A model generated the notes under the pieces. It was not told where the DNA came from, ran no database searches, and saw nothing but the letters and a program-made list of their open reading frames with translations. From Spirochaetaceae bacterium (GTDB lineage: Bacteria; Spirochaetota; Spirochaetia; WTKD01), in NCBI GenBank assembly GCA_011524535.1, contig WTKD01000013.1:77371-141370 (forward strand): DNA of 64,000 nt, in the 5' to 3' direction. Position numbers and translations under genes: made by a program. Positions 19,595 to 29,283 of the stretch are shown one piece after another; position 1 is the first letter of the stretch; each line of letters begins with the position of its first letter.

Positions 19595-20233
19595 ATGGCC
19601 GATATTGTAATTCGACAATTTCATCCGAGTGATATTCCTCACCTGATGGAAGTATGCCTCAAAACTGCATATCGCGGTAAAGATAGCACAAGATTTTATA
19701 CGGACCCATGGTTTATCGGACAGATCTACGTTCTCCCCTATCTAATATACCATCCTGAATTAGCCAGAGTCATTATTGAAGATGGAATACCTATGGGATA
19801 TATTGTTGGCACTGCAAATAGTGAAGATTTCTATACGTGGATAGATTACGAATTTCTCCCCCCTGTGCGTGAACGCTATCCCATAGATGCCACTGGTCTG
19901 TCCTCCTTAGAGAAAGATGTGCGTACTCTTCTACACAAAAAGACATCCTCTACATGGTTTCCACCCGAATATCCTGCCCATCTTCACATAAACTTGATGC
20001 GAAATGTACAAAGACGGGGGTTCGGATCAAAAATGATACAACTTTTTTTGTCTCTGCCAGACATAAGCCAACTAGATGGTGTTCATCTAGTTGCATCTGC
20101 GAAAAACACGGAGGCTATTGCGTTCTACAAAAGGCAAGGATTTATAATCCTCAAAGAAACCAAGGAAGCGGTCACAATGGGAATTCGATTAAACAACCTT
20201 GAAGGACCATCCTCACAAAACACAATATCCTAA
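19595..20233 (+). CDS. GNAT-family N-acetyltransferase
   Basis: Acetyl-CoA binding motif RRGFGSKMI followed by AFYKRQGF. 212 aa. Confidence 0.6.
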   Translation: MADIVIRQFHPSDIPHLMEVCLKTAYRGKDSTRFYTDPWFIGQIYVLPYLIYHPELARVIIEDGIPMGYIVGTANSEDFYTWIDYEFLPPVRERYPIDATGLSSLEKDVRTLLHKKTSSTWFPPEYPAHLHINLMRNVQRRGFGSKMIQLFLSLPDISQLDGVHLVASAKNTEAIAFYKRQGFIILKETKEAVTMGIRLNNLEGPSSQNTIS

Positions 20234-20314
20234 AAAACATAAATTTTTTTCTATAATTCGAATTTCTCATCGATAGTACAAAAGTAATCTTGCAACTCCG
20301 TGCGTGTACACAGT

Positions 20315-20983
20315 ATGACATACAGAACTCGAGATTCAGGAAATGTAAAGATAATCGATCCTCGTGGATTAATACACAAAAAAGGAGCAGAACATCTCAC
20401 AGATCATGAACTTCTTGCCTTGATACTTGGAAGTGGAACAAAATCTCATAATGTAATGCGCCTCGCTGAGATTCTTCTCTTGCACCTTGAAAAAAACAAT
20501 TATTCGGTGGACGTTGAATCGTTGTTGGAGATAAAAGGGTTGGGTCTTGCAAAATCTACACGCATTGTTGCGATGCTTGAATTATGCAAACGAATGCTCC
20601 TTCCATCCAGCAAACGTATCGAATCACCCAAGGACATCTTACCCTTACTCCACAATTATGCACACAAAGAGCAAGAGTATTTTCTTTCGATTATATTGAA
20701 CGGGGCACACAATGTTATTTCCCATTCGATAGTTTCAATTGGGCTCATAAATAAGACGCTGGTTCATCCCCGAGAGGTCTTCTCTGATGCGATACGTTTA
20801 AGGGCAACCAGCCTAATCATTGCTCACAATCATCCGAGTGGGTATGTGGAACCAAGTTCTGAGGATCTGCAATCTACACGCAGGATCAAAGAATCTGGAA
20901 TATTGCTAGGCATTCCTCTGCTAGATCATATCATTTTCAGCCCGCAACAATATTACAGTTTCAAGGAACATGGAAAAATCTAA
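20315..20983 (+). CDS. radC: RadC-like JAB/MPN domain protein (UPF0758)
   Basis: C-terminal HNHPSG JAMM-like motif (IAHNHPSGYVEPSSEDLQSTRRI) and an N-terminal HhH-like region. The track ORF begins at GTG 20300; the first ATG is 20315. Confidence 0.75.
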   Translation: MTYRTRDSGNVKIIDPRGLIHKKGAEHLTDHELLALILGSGTKSHNVMRLAEILLLHLEKNNYSVDVESLLEIKGLGLAKSTRIVAMLELCKRMLLPSSKRIESPKDILPLLHNYAHKEQEYFLSIILNGAHNVISHSIVSIGLINKTLVHPREVFSDAIRLRATSLIIAHNHPSGYVEPSSEDLQSTRRIKESGILLGIPLLDHIIFSPQQYYSFKEHGKI

Positions 20984-21019
20984 AAAGCGAGTTAGTGTAG
21001 CTGCTATACTACCAGCGAT

Positions 21020-21445
21020 TTACAAATCGGAGATCGCTTGTTTAATTAGACCTCGGATACGCGTTTCCTCGGTTTCCCCAATCGCCAGAAGAGCATAAGA
21101 GCTCGCCCACATGTTACTCTTGTCCAATGATGCTACATCCGTGAATCCAAACGTTGCATACCGCGACTCCCCTTTTTCACGAGACTGAAAAAAGCAAAGA
21201 ATCTTTTTTCCCTCAATCGAATAGGCTGGCATCCCATACCACAGTTTCGGCCAGAGAAAAGGAGCTAATTCGGAAACAATCGTGTGAATCTTCAGTCCAG
21301 CCCTCCGATCTAGGGAAGGCATTGCCTCGAAGGCAGCTAAGACATCTTCTAATCCATCATTTCTTTTTTTGTCTCGCTTCTGTTCTGCAGCAAGTTCTTT
21401 CTTTCGCTCTTGTATCGCTCTACGTTCTGATTCTGAGAAATTCAT
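21020..21445 (-). CDS. DUF1801/YdhG-like protein
   Basis: 141 aa. Weak resemblance to the YdhG family (PAYSIEGKKILCFF, ATFGF). Tentative. Confidence 0.45.
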   Translation of the reverse strand: MNFSESERRAIQERKKELAAEQKRDKKRNDGLEDVLAAFEAMPSLDRRAGLKIHTIVSELAPFLWPKLWYGMPAYSIEGKKILCFFQSREKGESRYATFGFTDVASLDKSNMWASSYALLAIGETEETRIRGLIKQAISDL

Positions 21446-21612
21446 AGCTCACGACATTATTTCTCTCACTAAATTCCTTGGCCCAAGCGCCAAATCACAC
21501 GTGAGAGATATCTTACTAACAAACTAATATGAAACAGGAAGCATCCACAATCAAAAGTAGTATTCTCCTGGCGTATTAACCAGCACAAAGATATACCATT
21601 TAAAACAATACT

Positions 21613-22863
21613 CTATGATGCCTGTTCTGTTTCAGCGATCCAATCAATCACCGAATGAGCTAGCTCGGCACAGCGAGAACGAATGACAGATATATCATCT
21701 TCCGAAGGGCTTCCAATAAAGGTCACGGGCTCTAAAAATTCCCATTTCATTTTTAAGCGTTCATTAATCTCATCTATCTCTGCCTGCGATCCAGATTTCC
21801 AGCCATAGGAACCGAAATGAAAGGCTTTCCTATTCTTGGCTTTCTTCTTCCCAAGTTCATCCAATGCGGACACCAGGCCTGGAAACAGTTTGTATTCATA
21901 GGTTGGCCCTGCAATAATTACACCACTCGATTGCCAGACATCCCGGATAATATATGATATATGACTCTCCGGCACCTTGTGTACGAATACTTGCACGCCT
22001 TCTTCTTCAAGAGCTTTCACAGCTTCGGGAACAGCTTTCCCTGTGTTTCCATACATAGACGCCCAGATAATGGTAACTGCTTTTTCAGCGGGGCCATTGC
22101 TATATGCCGCATATTTGCTGTATAAATCCACTATATGATCCGTATTTTCCCGCCAAATAAGGCCATGGCCCGGAGCTATCGTAGAAATATCACCTAAAGG
22201 AACAAGCTTCTTTACTGCACTCTTTACCGGAGCAGAAAAGGCTCCAATGATATTTGCATAGTATCGAAGGGTTTCGTTTTCATAATCTGCTATTTCATCG
22301 CTAGACATTGAATCGGTAAACAGATCATCCGGAACAGACTTGAAGGAACCAAACGCATCACAAGAAAATAATGTTTTCGTTTTTGTATCAAATGTTGCTA
22401 TAGTTTCTGGCCAGTGTACATTGGGAATTTCCACAAAGGAAAGTACATGTCCCTGCCCTAAATCAAGCGTATCTCCCGTTTTTACCGCATGTATCTCTTG
22501 TGTAACGTCCAAAAGACGTTCAAGTAATATTTTTGACTTTTGGTGGGTATAAATTTTAAAATCGCTTCGCATCGCTGCAAAGTCCTTTAACCATTCGCTG
22601 TGATCTGGCTCCATGTGATTTATAACAACATAGTCTATATCTTCAAGTGCAATTTCGGCTTTTTTTAGTTGATCAAGGAGAGATTCAGGAACTCCATCCC
22701 ATCCACAAACACCATCTATGATAGCTGTTTTATCTCCTTTTACTATATAAGAATTCATCGATACGCCTTCGGGGATTGGCCACAAACTCTCAAACAATAG
22801 GCTATTTGGCTCTGCATTTACAGAAAATCTATATGTATTGTCGCATACTTTCGTGGTGTTCAT
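21613..22863 (-). CDS. Flavodiiron protein (A-type flavoprotein; O2/NO reductase)
   Basis: N-terminal metallo-beta-lactamase-like domain with HxEPDH motif (INHMEPDHSEW) plus a C-terminal flavodoxin-like domain. 416 aa. RBS GGAG present. Confidence 0.8.
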   Translation of the reverse strand: MNTTKVCDNTYRFSVNAEPNSLLFESLWPIPEGVSMNSYIVKGDKTAIIDGVCGWDGVPESLLDQLKKAEIALEDIDYVVINHMEPDHSEWLKDFAAMRSDFKIYTHQKSKILLERLLDVTQEIHAVKTGDTLDLGQGHVLSFVEIPNVHWPETIATFDTKTKTLFSCDAFGSFKSVPDDLFTDSMSSDEIADYENETLRYYANIIGAFSAPVKSAVKKLVPLGDISTIAPGHGLIWRENTDHIVDLYSKYAAYSNGPAEKAVTIIWASMYGNTGKAVPEAVKALEEEGVQVFVHKVPESHISYIIRDVWQSSGVIIAGPTYEYKLFPGLVSALDELGKKKAKNRKAFHFGSYGWKSGSQAEIDEINERLKMKWEFLEPVTFIGSPSEDDISVIRSRCAELAHSVIDWIAETEQAS

Positions 22864-22903
22864 TTTTTTGTCTCCTTTGGATAACCATTGTAGCGGTATT
22901 ATC

Positions 22904-23350
22904 TTAATTTTTCAATAATAATTGAAGACTATGGGAAAATTCTTTTGAATAAGATTGCTTTTTTTTATTTTTTCCTTTGGAGACCATACCCAGTTGGGTA
23001 TGCACCATATGTGCTCGATTTCTCCGTAACACATCGTATTCGATATCTTCCCTGGTATATATCTTCCCGCGGTCATTGAGAACGAAAGCGCCCTTCTTAA
23101 GAAGAAGTTGAATGAGTTCTATGTCACGACAAATCGCGATGTCATCTGCATCTATATGCACAGAAATATAGTCATCGGCAGCATTCTTTTCTTTAGAACA
23201 AACGATGACTTTTACCGTATCACTTTCCCGTATCGCCAAAGCGTGATTTGCAACAAGATATGTATCGAAACGGTAATATTTCGCCAATCGTAACGTGATT
23301 CTTCGAGATTCACGCGAACATGCATCTGCATCAACCCATATGGTTTTCAT
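22904..23350 (-). CDS. yaiI: UPF0178/YaiI (DUF188) protein
   Basis: MKTIWVDADACSRE N-terminus is characteristic of YaiI. 148 aa. Confidence 0.7.
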   Translation of the reverse strand: MKTIWVDADACSRESRRITLRLAKYYRFDTYLVANHALAIRESDTVKVIVCSKEKNAADDYISVHIDADDIAICRDIELIQLLLKKGAFVLNDRGKIYTREDIEYDVLRRNRAHMVHTQLGMVSKGKNKKKQSYSKEFSHSLQLLLKN

Positions 23351-24431
23351 TGGTAACTATACATGCCCTGCCTGGACCTTCGATAAGGATAAGGTCGGTA
23401 GTACAAAAAATGTTTTCTCCACGCTTCAAATATTTTTTTTCTTCTTCTTGGCTTACTTGAACATAGCCCTCAGTACATAAAACAATGCCTAGTCCAGAAG
23501 GTAACGGGCAAGCAACTCGTTTACCTTGGTTTGCAGAAAACACTTGAAAGTCGAGTGTTTCAACCGGATATTCATATAACCCTTCATCTACTTCTTTTGG
23601 TTGTAGTATGCTCGGTGATCTTGAAGAAAAAGAGGTGATGCGAAATAATTCTTCAACGTCTTTGTATTTTTGTGTGCAGGCACATCTTAGCACATTATCA
23701 GAACAACTCATCACTTCGATTCCACTCCCTTTTAGGTATGCGTGTAATTCACCCGGGGCGTTAAAAAGAGCTTCTCCTGGAGAAAGATGTACCAAATTCA
23801 AAATATAAGGCATGATTATTCCTACGTCATTTGAATAATACCTTGCCATTTCTAAAACCCACCAATGGAGATCATGCTTTTCCAGTGTATTTTTTTTTGC
23901 AAATTCAAGTATTGTTTGTAAAAATAAATTATCATGCTCGATTCTTAACAGAGTACTAAATAAATCTTCGATAGTATTGAACTTTTTTTCTACAAAGGAA
24001 GAGTTAATATTCTCAAGAAACGAAATTATTTCCTCCTTTGGTCGTATAGAGGATAGAGCCCAAACATCAGACAGAGCAATTAATATTTCCGGCTTATGAT
24101 TGGGATCAGGATAGTTTCGTTGAGGGTTCTGTCTGGCAATTTTCTGATCTTCTTCTTTTCTGTACCCTTCCTCTGCAAGTTTCTTATTTGGATGCACTTG
24201 GATCGATAGCGGGCGTTCAGCAGAAAGAACTTTCATCATATAGGGTAATGATCCTCCAATATGTTTGCTAAGCGGCTCATTTGTTTCTGTAATGACGCTT
24301 TCTCCCCGTACATGTGTACCATACCACAATTCGGCATACGGCTGGCCATCTTTTGGAAGATTCAGAAATTCCGGTAAAAAGTCATAACTGCCCCAGTTGT
24401 ACCGCTGGATAATAGGGGTGAGAGCCTGCAT
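23331..24431 (-). CDS. manA: Mannose-6-phosphate isomerase, class I
   Basis: QRYNWGS N-terminal motif, LSIQVHPNK zinc-site motif, ELHAYLKGSGIEVMSCSDNVLRCACTQKY. Confidence 0.8.
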   Translation of the reverse strand: MQALTPIIQRYNWGSYDFLPEFLNLPKDGQPYAELWYGTHVRGESVITETNEPLSKHIGGSLPYMMKVLSAERPLSIQVHPNKKLAEEGYRKEEDQKIARQNPQRNYPDPNHKPEILIALSDVWALSSIRPKEEIISFLENINSSFVEKKFNTIEDLFSTLLRIEHDNLFLQTILEFAKKNTLEKHDLHWWVLEMARYYSNDVGIIMPYILNLVHLSPGEALFNAPGELHAYLKGSGIEVMSCSDNVLRCACTQKYKDVEELFRITSFSSRSPSILQPKEVDEGLYEYPVETLDFQVFSANQGKRVACPLPSGLGIVLCTEGYVQVSQEEEKKYLKRGENIFCTTDLILIEGPGRACIVTNENHMG

Positions 24432-24439
24432 ACTGTAGA

Positions 24440-25363
24440 CTAAGAAAAGTGATAGTCTGGGTCAAGAGAATGTATTCCTCTACTGTTTGGAAGTTTTTCA
24501 AGCCAATGGAGCATTTCCTTGTTTCCACGTTTCAAGGCACCGGTTTTGACAATGGCAATTTTTCGTGAAAAAGCTCTCTCGATGGCTTTTTTCTGCCAAT
24601 CTTCAAGTGCCCCTGTATTGTGTGTTTTTTCGATGATTCCTGCGAGGGCTTTGAGTCGATAAAATTCACGCATCGGGGTTATTTCACTGAGATTGTCCCC
24701 TAGACCAGCCTCTTTTACGATCAATGGGCGATCAACCGCCGATATTTTAACACCCTGTAATAACATGCGTATCCAGCATTCATAGTCTTCTGCAAACACA
24801 AGGTCTTCCCGAAATCCTCCCAATGACCGAAACACTTTGGTTTTCATCATCATCGTTGAGGGCCCCATGACACATTTTTCCAATGATGCACAAAACAAGT
24901 CCCGTGTATCTTTGATCGGTTCGGGTGCACATCTTATTTTTCCATTACGCAACCATTTCTCACGCGTGAAAACAGCCATAGCCCCCGTTTCTTCCGCACA
25001 CATACGCTGCTCATTCAATTTTTCTGGTAACCACACGTCATCCGAATCAAGAAATGCGAGCCATGGCGTATGTATGTTCTGCATCCCAATATTGCGAACT
25101 TTACCGGGAAATCCGCAATGGGGAATACGAATGCATTGTATCCGAGGGTCGGAATAAGAAATACGCGTTGCTGGTTCCGACCCGTCGTCTATAATAATAA
25201 CACAAGCTATCTGTGGTCCCTGATCTAATACCGAATCGATTGCTCTTCTTAGTATTTTTTGACGATTATATGTAGGAATTATGACACCGATGTCTGGTTC
25301 ATCGAAAGCTCGCCTATTTCGGTGATTACTTGCAGCACGTGGCATAGCACCTTTTCTGTCCAT
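24440..25363 (-). CDS. Glycosyltransferase family 2
   Basis: IGVIIPTYNRQ ... IIIDDGS ... DSDD GT-A fold motifs. Confidence 0.7.
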   Translation of the reverse strand: MDRKGAMPRAASNHRNRRAFDEPDIGVIIPTYNRQKILRRAIDSVLDQGPQIACVIIIDDGSEPATRISYSDPRIQCIRIPHCGFPGKVRNIGMQNIHTPWLAFLDSDDVWLPEKLNEQRMCAEETGAMAVFTREKWLRNGKIRCAPEPIKDTRDLFCASLEKCVMGPSTMMMKTKVFRSLGGFREDLVFAEDYECWIRMLLQGVKISAVDRPLIVKEAGLGDNLSEITPMREFYRLKALAGIIEKTHNTGALEDWQKKAIERAFSRKIAIVKTGALKRGNKEMLHWLEKLPNSRGIHSLDPDYHFS

Positions 25364-25374
25364 ACAGTGAGGTC

Positions 25375-26355
25375 CTATTCATACAACCAGCAGGCAACTT
25401 TTTGATTGTCGGCGGTTTCAAATGTTTTCGGATAGGTCTTACGACATTTATCCATAACAAAGGGGCACCGGGAAGCAAAAAAGCAACCTTCCCCTACGGT
25501 ATTACGCTGTGGAATATCGCTCACAATTTTTTGGAATTTTTTTGTTCTCTGTGCGGTTGTAGGCTCCGGAGATGTAGAAAAAAGTATCTGGGTATAGGGA
25601 TGCATTTGGCGTGCCATGATAGCTTTTTTGCTTCCTTGTTCTACGATGCGTCCAAGATATAAGACAACAATATAATCAGAAATTAGCTCGATAACAGATA
25701 AATCATGCGAAATGAATAAATAGGTCAAATCATGCTTTTTTCGTAAATCCAACAAGAGGTTGATAATAGCAGCTTGAACCGAAACATCTAATGCACTTAC
25801 CGCCTCATCACACACGATAAAAGACGGGTGTAATGTGAGAGCTCTGGCTATGGAAATCCGTTGTCGCTGACCTCCAGAAAATTGATGCGGGTATCTCGTC
25901 AATATTGAATCATCGAAGCCGACTTCTTTTATTAGCGCCGAAATTCTATCATTTTGCTCTTTTCGTGATCCTATTCGTTGTAGCTGCAAGCTCTGTCTCA
26001 TCAGAGATTTAATGCTCTTTCTTCGATTGAGGCTCGACAATGGGTCTTGAAAAATCATTTGCATATGGAGTCGATGACGCTTTAACTCTTCTGATGACAT
26101 CGCGTCAATACGCTTGCCCGCTACGGAGACCTTCCCCGAAAACGGGATTAAGCCCAGTATTGCGCGTCCTATGCTCGATTTTCCACACCCAGTCTCTCCG
26201 ACCAAACCTACAATTGAGCCTTTTTTGACAGAAAAATTTACGTTATCGACCGCAACAAAACGCTGTCTTGCCCCGAGTGACATCCTCGCTTGACCATAAC
26301 TTACCGAAAGATTTCCTACACTAACAAGATTTTCTTCTACTGGTTGATCAGGCAT
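25375..26355 (-). CDS. oppF: Oligopeptide ABC transporter ATP-binding protein OppF/DppF-like
   Basis: Walker A GETGCGKSS, LSGGQRQR signature and the C-terminal oligopeptide-ABC extension. Start chosen at MPDQ (26355), which is preceded by AAGGAA. ATGs at 26370 and 26442 are alternatives and overlap oppD. Confidence 0.8.
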   Translation of the reverse strand: MPDQPVEENLVSVGNLSVSYGQARMSLGARQRFVAVDNVNFSVKKGSIVGLVGETGCGKSSIGRAILGLIPFSGKVSVAGKRIDAMSSEELKRHRLHMQMIFQDPLSSLNRRKSIKSLMRQSLQLQRIGSRKEQNDRISALIKEVGFDDSILTRYPHQFSGGQRQRISIARALTLHPSFIVCDEAVSALDVSVQAAIINLLLDLRKKHDLTYLFISHDLSVIELISDYIVVLYLGRIVEQGSKKAIMARQMHPYTQILFSTSPEPTTAQRTKKFQKIVSDIPQRNTVGEGCFFASRCPFVMDKCRKTYPKTFETADNQKVACWLYE

Positions 26356-27343
26356 CTTTAATTCCTTCATCAAGAACATTACACCATGCTCTATGTGTAT
26401 CAGATATCGCTGCTTCACTAGGGAATGCCTGCTTGCATTCACTTATAACCCGGTCACACCGGTCGGAAAAAGGACAGGCTTCGCTTATTGCTTTCAAAGA
26501 TGGAACATTGCCTGGAATAGCAAACATGGGACGATTCTCTGCTAGCCGTTCGTGTTGCTTAATCGGAAGGGATGAGAGGAGCCCCTGTGTGTAGGGATGA
26601 CTTGGATTGTTTAGTATGTCAGCAAGACTTCCTTCTTCCACCTTTCTGCCGGCGTACATAACCATTACTCGGTCGCTAAGCGTTGCCACAACCCCCAAAT
26701 CATGCGTAATCATTAGCAACGTTAATCCTGTCTCTTTCCTAAGTTCATCAAGCAGGTTCAGGATTTGAGCTTGTATAGTTACGTCTAGGGCCGTTGTTGG
26801 CTCATCGGCAATCAACATCTCCAAAGAAGGCGATACTAATGCAAGCGCAATGAGTACGCGTTGTCTCATTCCCCCTGAAAGTTCGTGTGGGTATTTGTGC
26901 ATACATTCTCCCGCTGACGGAATATGTACCCTCTTCAATAACTCAATGCCATATTGCCACGCTTGTTTTTTTGAATCTCCCGTATGCAATGTGCAGATAT
27001 CTGTTAGTTGTGCACCTATGCTAAACACGGGATTCAAAGAAGACATGGGTTCTTGAAAAATCATCGAGATATTTTTCCCACGTATCTGTTGCATCTCAGA
27101 TTCGGTTGCAGACAGGAGATTGCGTTCTCCGAACATCAACCCATCTCCTCGAATTTCTGAAATATGAGGATCCATCAGTTTAAGGATAGAATATGCGGTA
27201 ATCGATTTACCACATCCAGATTCACCAACGATGCTAAGTACTTCTCCCTTGTCTATAGAAAAAGATAAATCTCGAACCATCGGAGTAAATCCAAAACGAT
27301 CTTTGAACCCAATGGTTATATTTTTTACATCCAGAACTTTCAT
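26348..27343 (-). CDS. oppD: Oligopeptide ABC transporter ATP-binding protein OppD/DppD-like
   Basis: Walker A GESGCGKS and LSGGMRQR signature. Start taken at MKVLDVKN (27343), whose ATG overlaps the oppC stop (TAATG). The longer track ORF N-terminus is rejected. Confidence 0.8.
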   Translation of the reverse strand: MKVLDVKNITIGFKDRFGFTPMVRDLSFSIDKGEVLSIVGESGCGKSITAYSILKLMDPHISEIRGDGLMFGERNLLSATESEMQQIRGKNISMIFQEPMSSLNPVFSIGAQLTDICTLHTGDSKKQAWQYGIELLKRVHIPSAGECMHKYPHELSGGMRQRVLIALALVSPSLEMLIADEPTTALDVTIQAQILNLLDELRKETGLTLLMITHDLGVVATLSDRVMVMYAGRKVEEGSLADILNNPSHPYTQGLLSSLPIKQHERLAENRPMFAIPGNVPSLKAISEACPFSDRCDRVISECKQAFPSEAAISDTHRAWCNVLDEGIKDA

Positions 27344-28188
27344 TAGTCGTGCAATCTCACATCGAGGATATCGCGCATCCCATCGCCAAAGACATTGAAT
27401 CCAACCACCGCAAACAACGTTGCAAGACCTGGAAAAGTGACGATCCACCAGGCACTAGTAACAAAATCACGAGAACTGGCAATCATTAGCCCCCATTCGG
27501 GGGTCGGAGGCTGAGCCCCAAGGCCCAAAAAGGATAATGCCGCAGCCGAGAGAATAGCATCTCCAAAACCAAGCGTTGCTTGCACCATGACCGGAGCTAA
27601 TACATTGGGAAGAATGCTTTTAAACATAAGGTGGAATGAACCTGCCCCAAGAGATTGCTCGGCCATAACATAGTCTTGCTCTTTTTCAGAAAGAACGGCC
27701 GCCCGGCAAACTCGAGCATACCGAGGAATATGAGAAATTCCTATAGCAATCATTGCATTTACCAGAGAAGAGCCCAGCAAAGATACAATAACTATGGTGA
27801 GTAGAACATAGGGAAACGAAAGCATTATGTCTATCACACGCATACTTATGGTATCCACCGCGCCACCAAGATATCCCGAAATCATACCTATCGTAGTTCC
27901 AATCACAAGAGCAATGCTAACCGACACCACTCCAATGAGCATAGAGACTCGAGCTCCATAGACTATTCTTGAGTATAAGTCGCGCCCAAGTTCATCGGTT
28001 CCAAGAATATACCCTTCAGAAAAAGGCGGTAATTTTCGCTGATCTATATTTTGTTCGATTGGGTCATGGGTTGCAAATACTGGTGCAAAAATGCCCACTA
28101 TGTAAAACAGCAAAATAACAAAAAGCCCAAAAAAAGCCGCCTTGCTTCTCCACAATAGAAATAGCATTTCACGTATCGTTGTATTCAT
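27343..28188 (-). CDS. oppC: Oligopeptide ABC transporter permease OppC/DppC
   Basis: 281-aa polytopic protein with EAA-like loop. ATGA overlap with oppB. Confidence 0.85.
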   Translation of the reverse strand: MNTTIREMLFLLWRSKAAFFGLFVILLFYIVGIFAPVFATHDPIEQNIDQRKLPPFSEGYILGTDELGRDLYSRIVYGARVSMLIGVVSVSIALVIGTTIGMISGYLGGAVDTISMRVIDIMLSFPYVLLTIVIVSLLGSSLVNAMIAIGISHIPRYARVCRAAVLSEKEQDYVMAEQSLGAGSFHLMFKSILPNVLAPVMVQATLGFGDAILSAAALSFLGLGAQPPTPEWGLMIASSRDFVTSAWWIVTFPGLATLFAVVGFNVFGDGMRDILDVRLHD

Positions 28189-29213
28189 TCGGCCTTCTTT
28201 GTTATGCGGATACGTGGATCAACCAATGCATACACAACATCAACAACAAGATTAATAATCAGAAATATACCAACTATCAAAATAACTCCACCTTGCACCA
28301 CTGGATAATCACGAGCTGCAATCCCAGTATATATCCATCTACCTATCCCGGGCCATGCAAAAATTGTTTCAGTAAGTATTGCACTAGAAAGCAACAATCC
28401 AAATTGTATGCTGATCACTGTCAAGATAGTAAGCATAGCATTTTTTAGAGCGTATACCCTGATTATACGAAAACGAGGCACACCCAAGGATCGAACGGTT
28501 CGAACATAATCCTGTTTTAACACTTCTAGCATCGAACTGCGAGTAGTTCTCGCAATCACAGCAAGCGGAACGGTTGCCAATACACTGGCCGGTAAAACCA
28601 AATGTAGAAGACTCGAAGTAAGATAACTCCAGTCTTTTTCTTGAAAGAATAAAATAATAGAATCGATTACATAGAAATTTGTAATCGGAAGAAAAAAGTA
28701 TCGCGCATTTATCCTACCTCCCGTAGGCAATATGTCCAGTATAACTGAAAATAGCATTATACAGATGAGACCAAGCCAAAATACTGGCATGGAAACGCCG
28801 ACGAGAGCTCCAGACATAGAAATATAATCAAACGGGGAATTACGCTTGACCGCTGCTAAGCTTCCCAGAAAAATACCAACAATAGTTGCAATTGTTATCG
28901 CGACCAAGGAAAGCTCTATGGTAGCTGGAAATAACTCAAGCATTTCTTCTACAACCGGTCTTTGACTAAAAATTGATTTCCCAAGATCTAGTTGAACAAC
29001 ATTCAGAAGGTATATGCCATATCTCTGGACGAGCGGTTTATCTAAGCCGAGCTCTTCTCGTAATTCTTCGATTTGCTCTTTTTGTGCACGTTCGCCCAGC
29101 ATTATTCGAGCAGGATCGCCAGGGGCCAGTGAAATCAGAAAAAACACAACGGTTACCGCTCCAAGCATTGTGGGGATAAATTGTAGTAATCTTCGAAGAA
29201 TGTACGAAAGCAT
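28185..29213 (-). CDS. oppB: Oligopeptide ABC transporter permease OppB/DppB
   Basis: 342 aa. N-terminal MLSYILRRLLQFIPTMLG is classic for OppB/DppB. Confidence 0.85.
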   Translation of the reverse strand: MLSYILRRLLQFIPTMLGAVTVVFFLISLAPGDPARIMLGERAQKEQIEELREELGLDKPLVQRYGIYLLNVVQLDLGKSIFSQRPVVEEMLELFPATIELSLVAITIATIVGIFLGSLAAVKRNSPFDYISMSGALVGVSMPVFWLGLICIMLFSVILDILPTGGRINARYFFLPITNFYVIDSIILFFQEKDWSYLTSSLLHLVLPASVLATVPLAVIARTTRSSMLEVLKQDYVRTVRSLGVPRFRIIRVYALKNAMLTILTVISIQFGLLLSSAILTETIFAWPGIGRWIYTGIAARDYPVVQGGVILIVGIFLIINLVVDVVYALVDPRIRITKKAE

Positions 29214-29283
29214 CAGATCAATTCATTATTAAGAAATATGTGTGACCCGCCTATGCAGATCACACAATAATAAAATAGACCCT

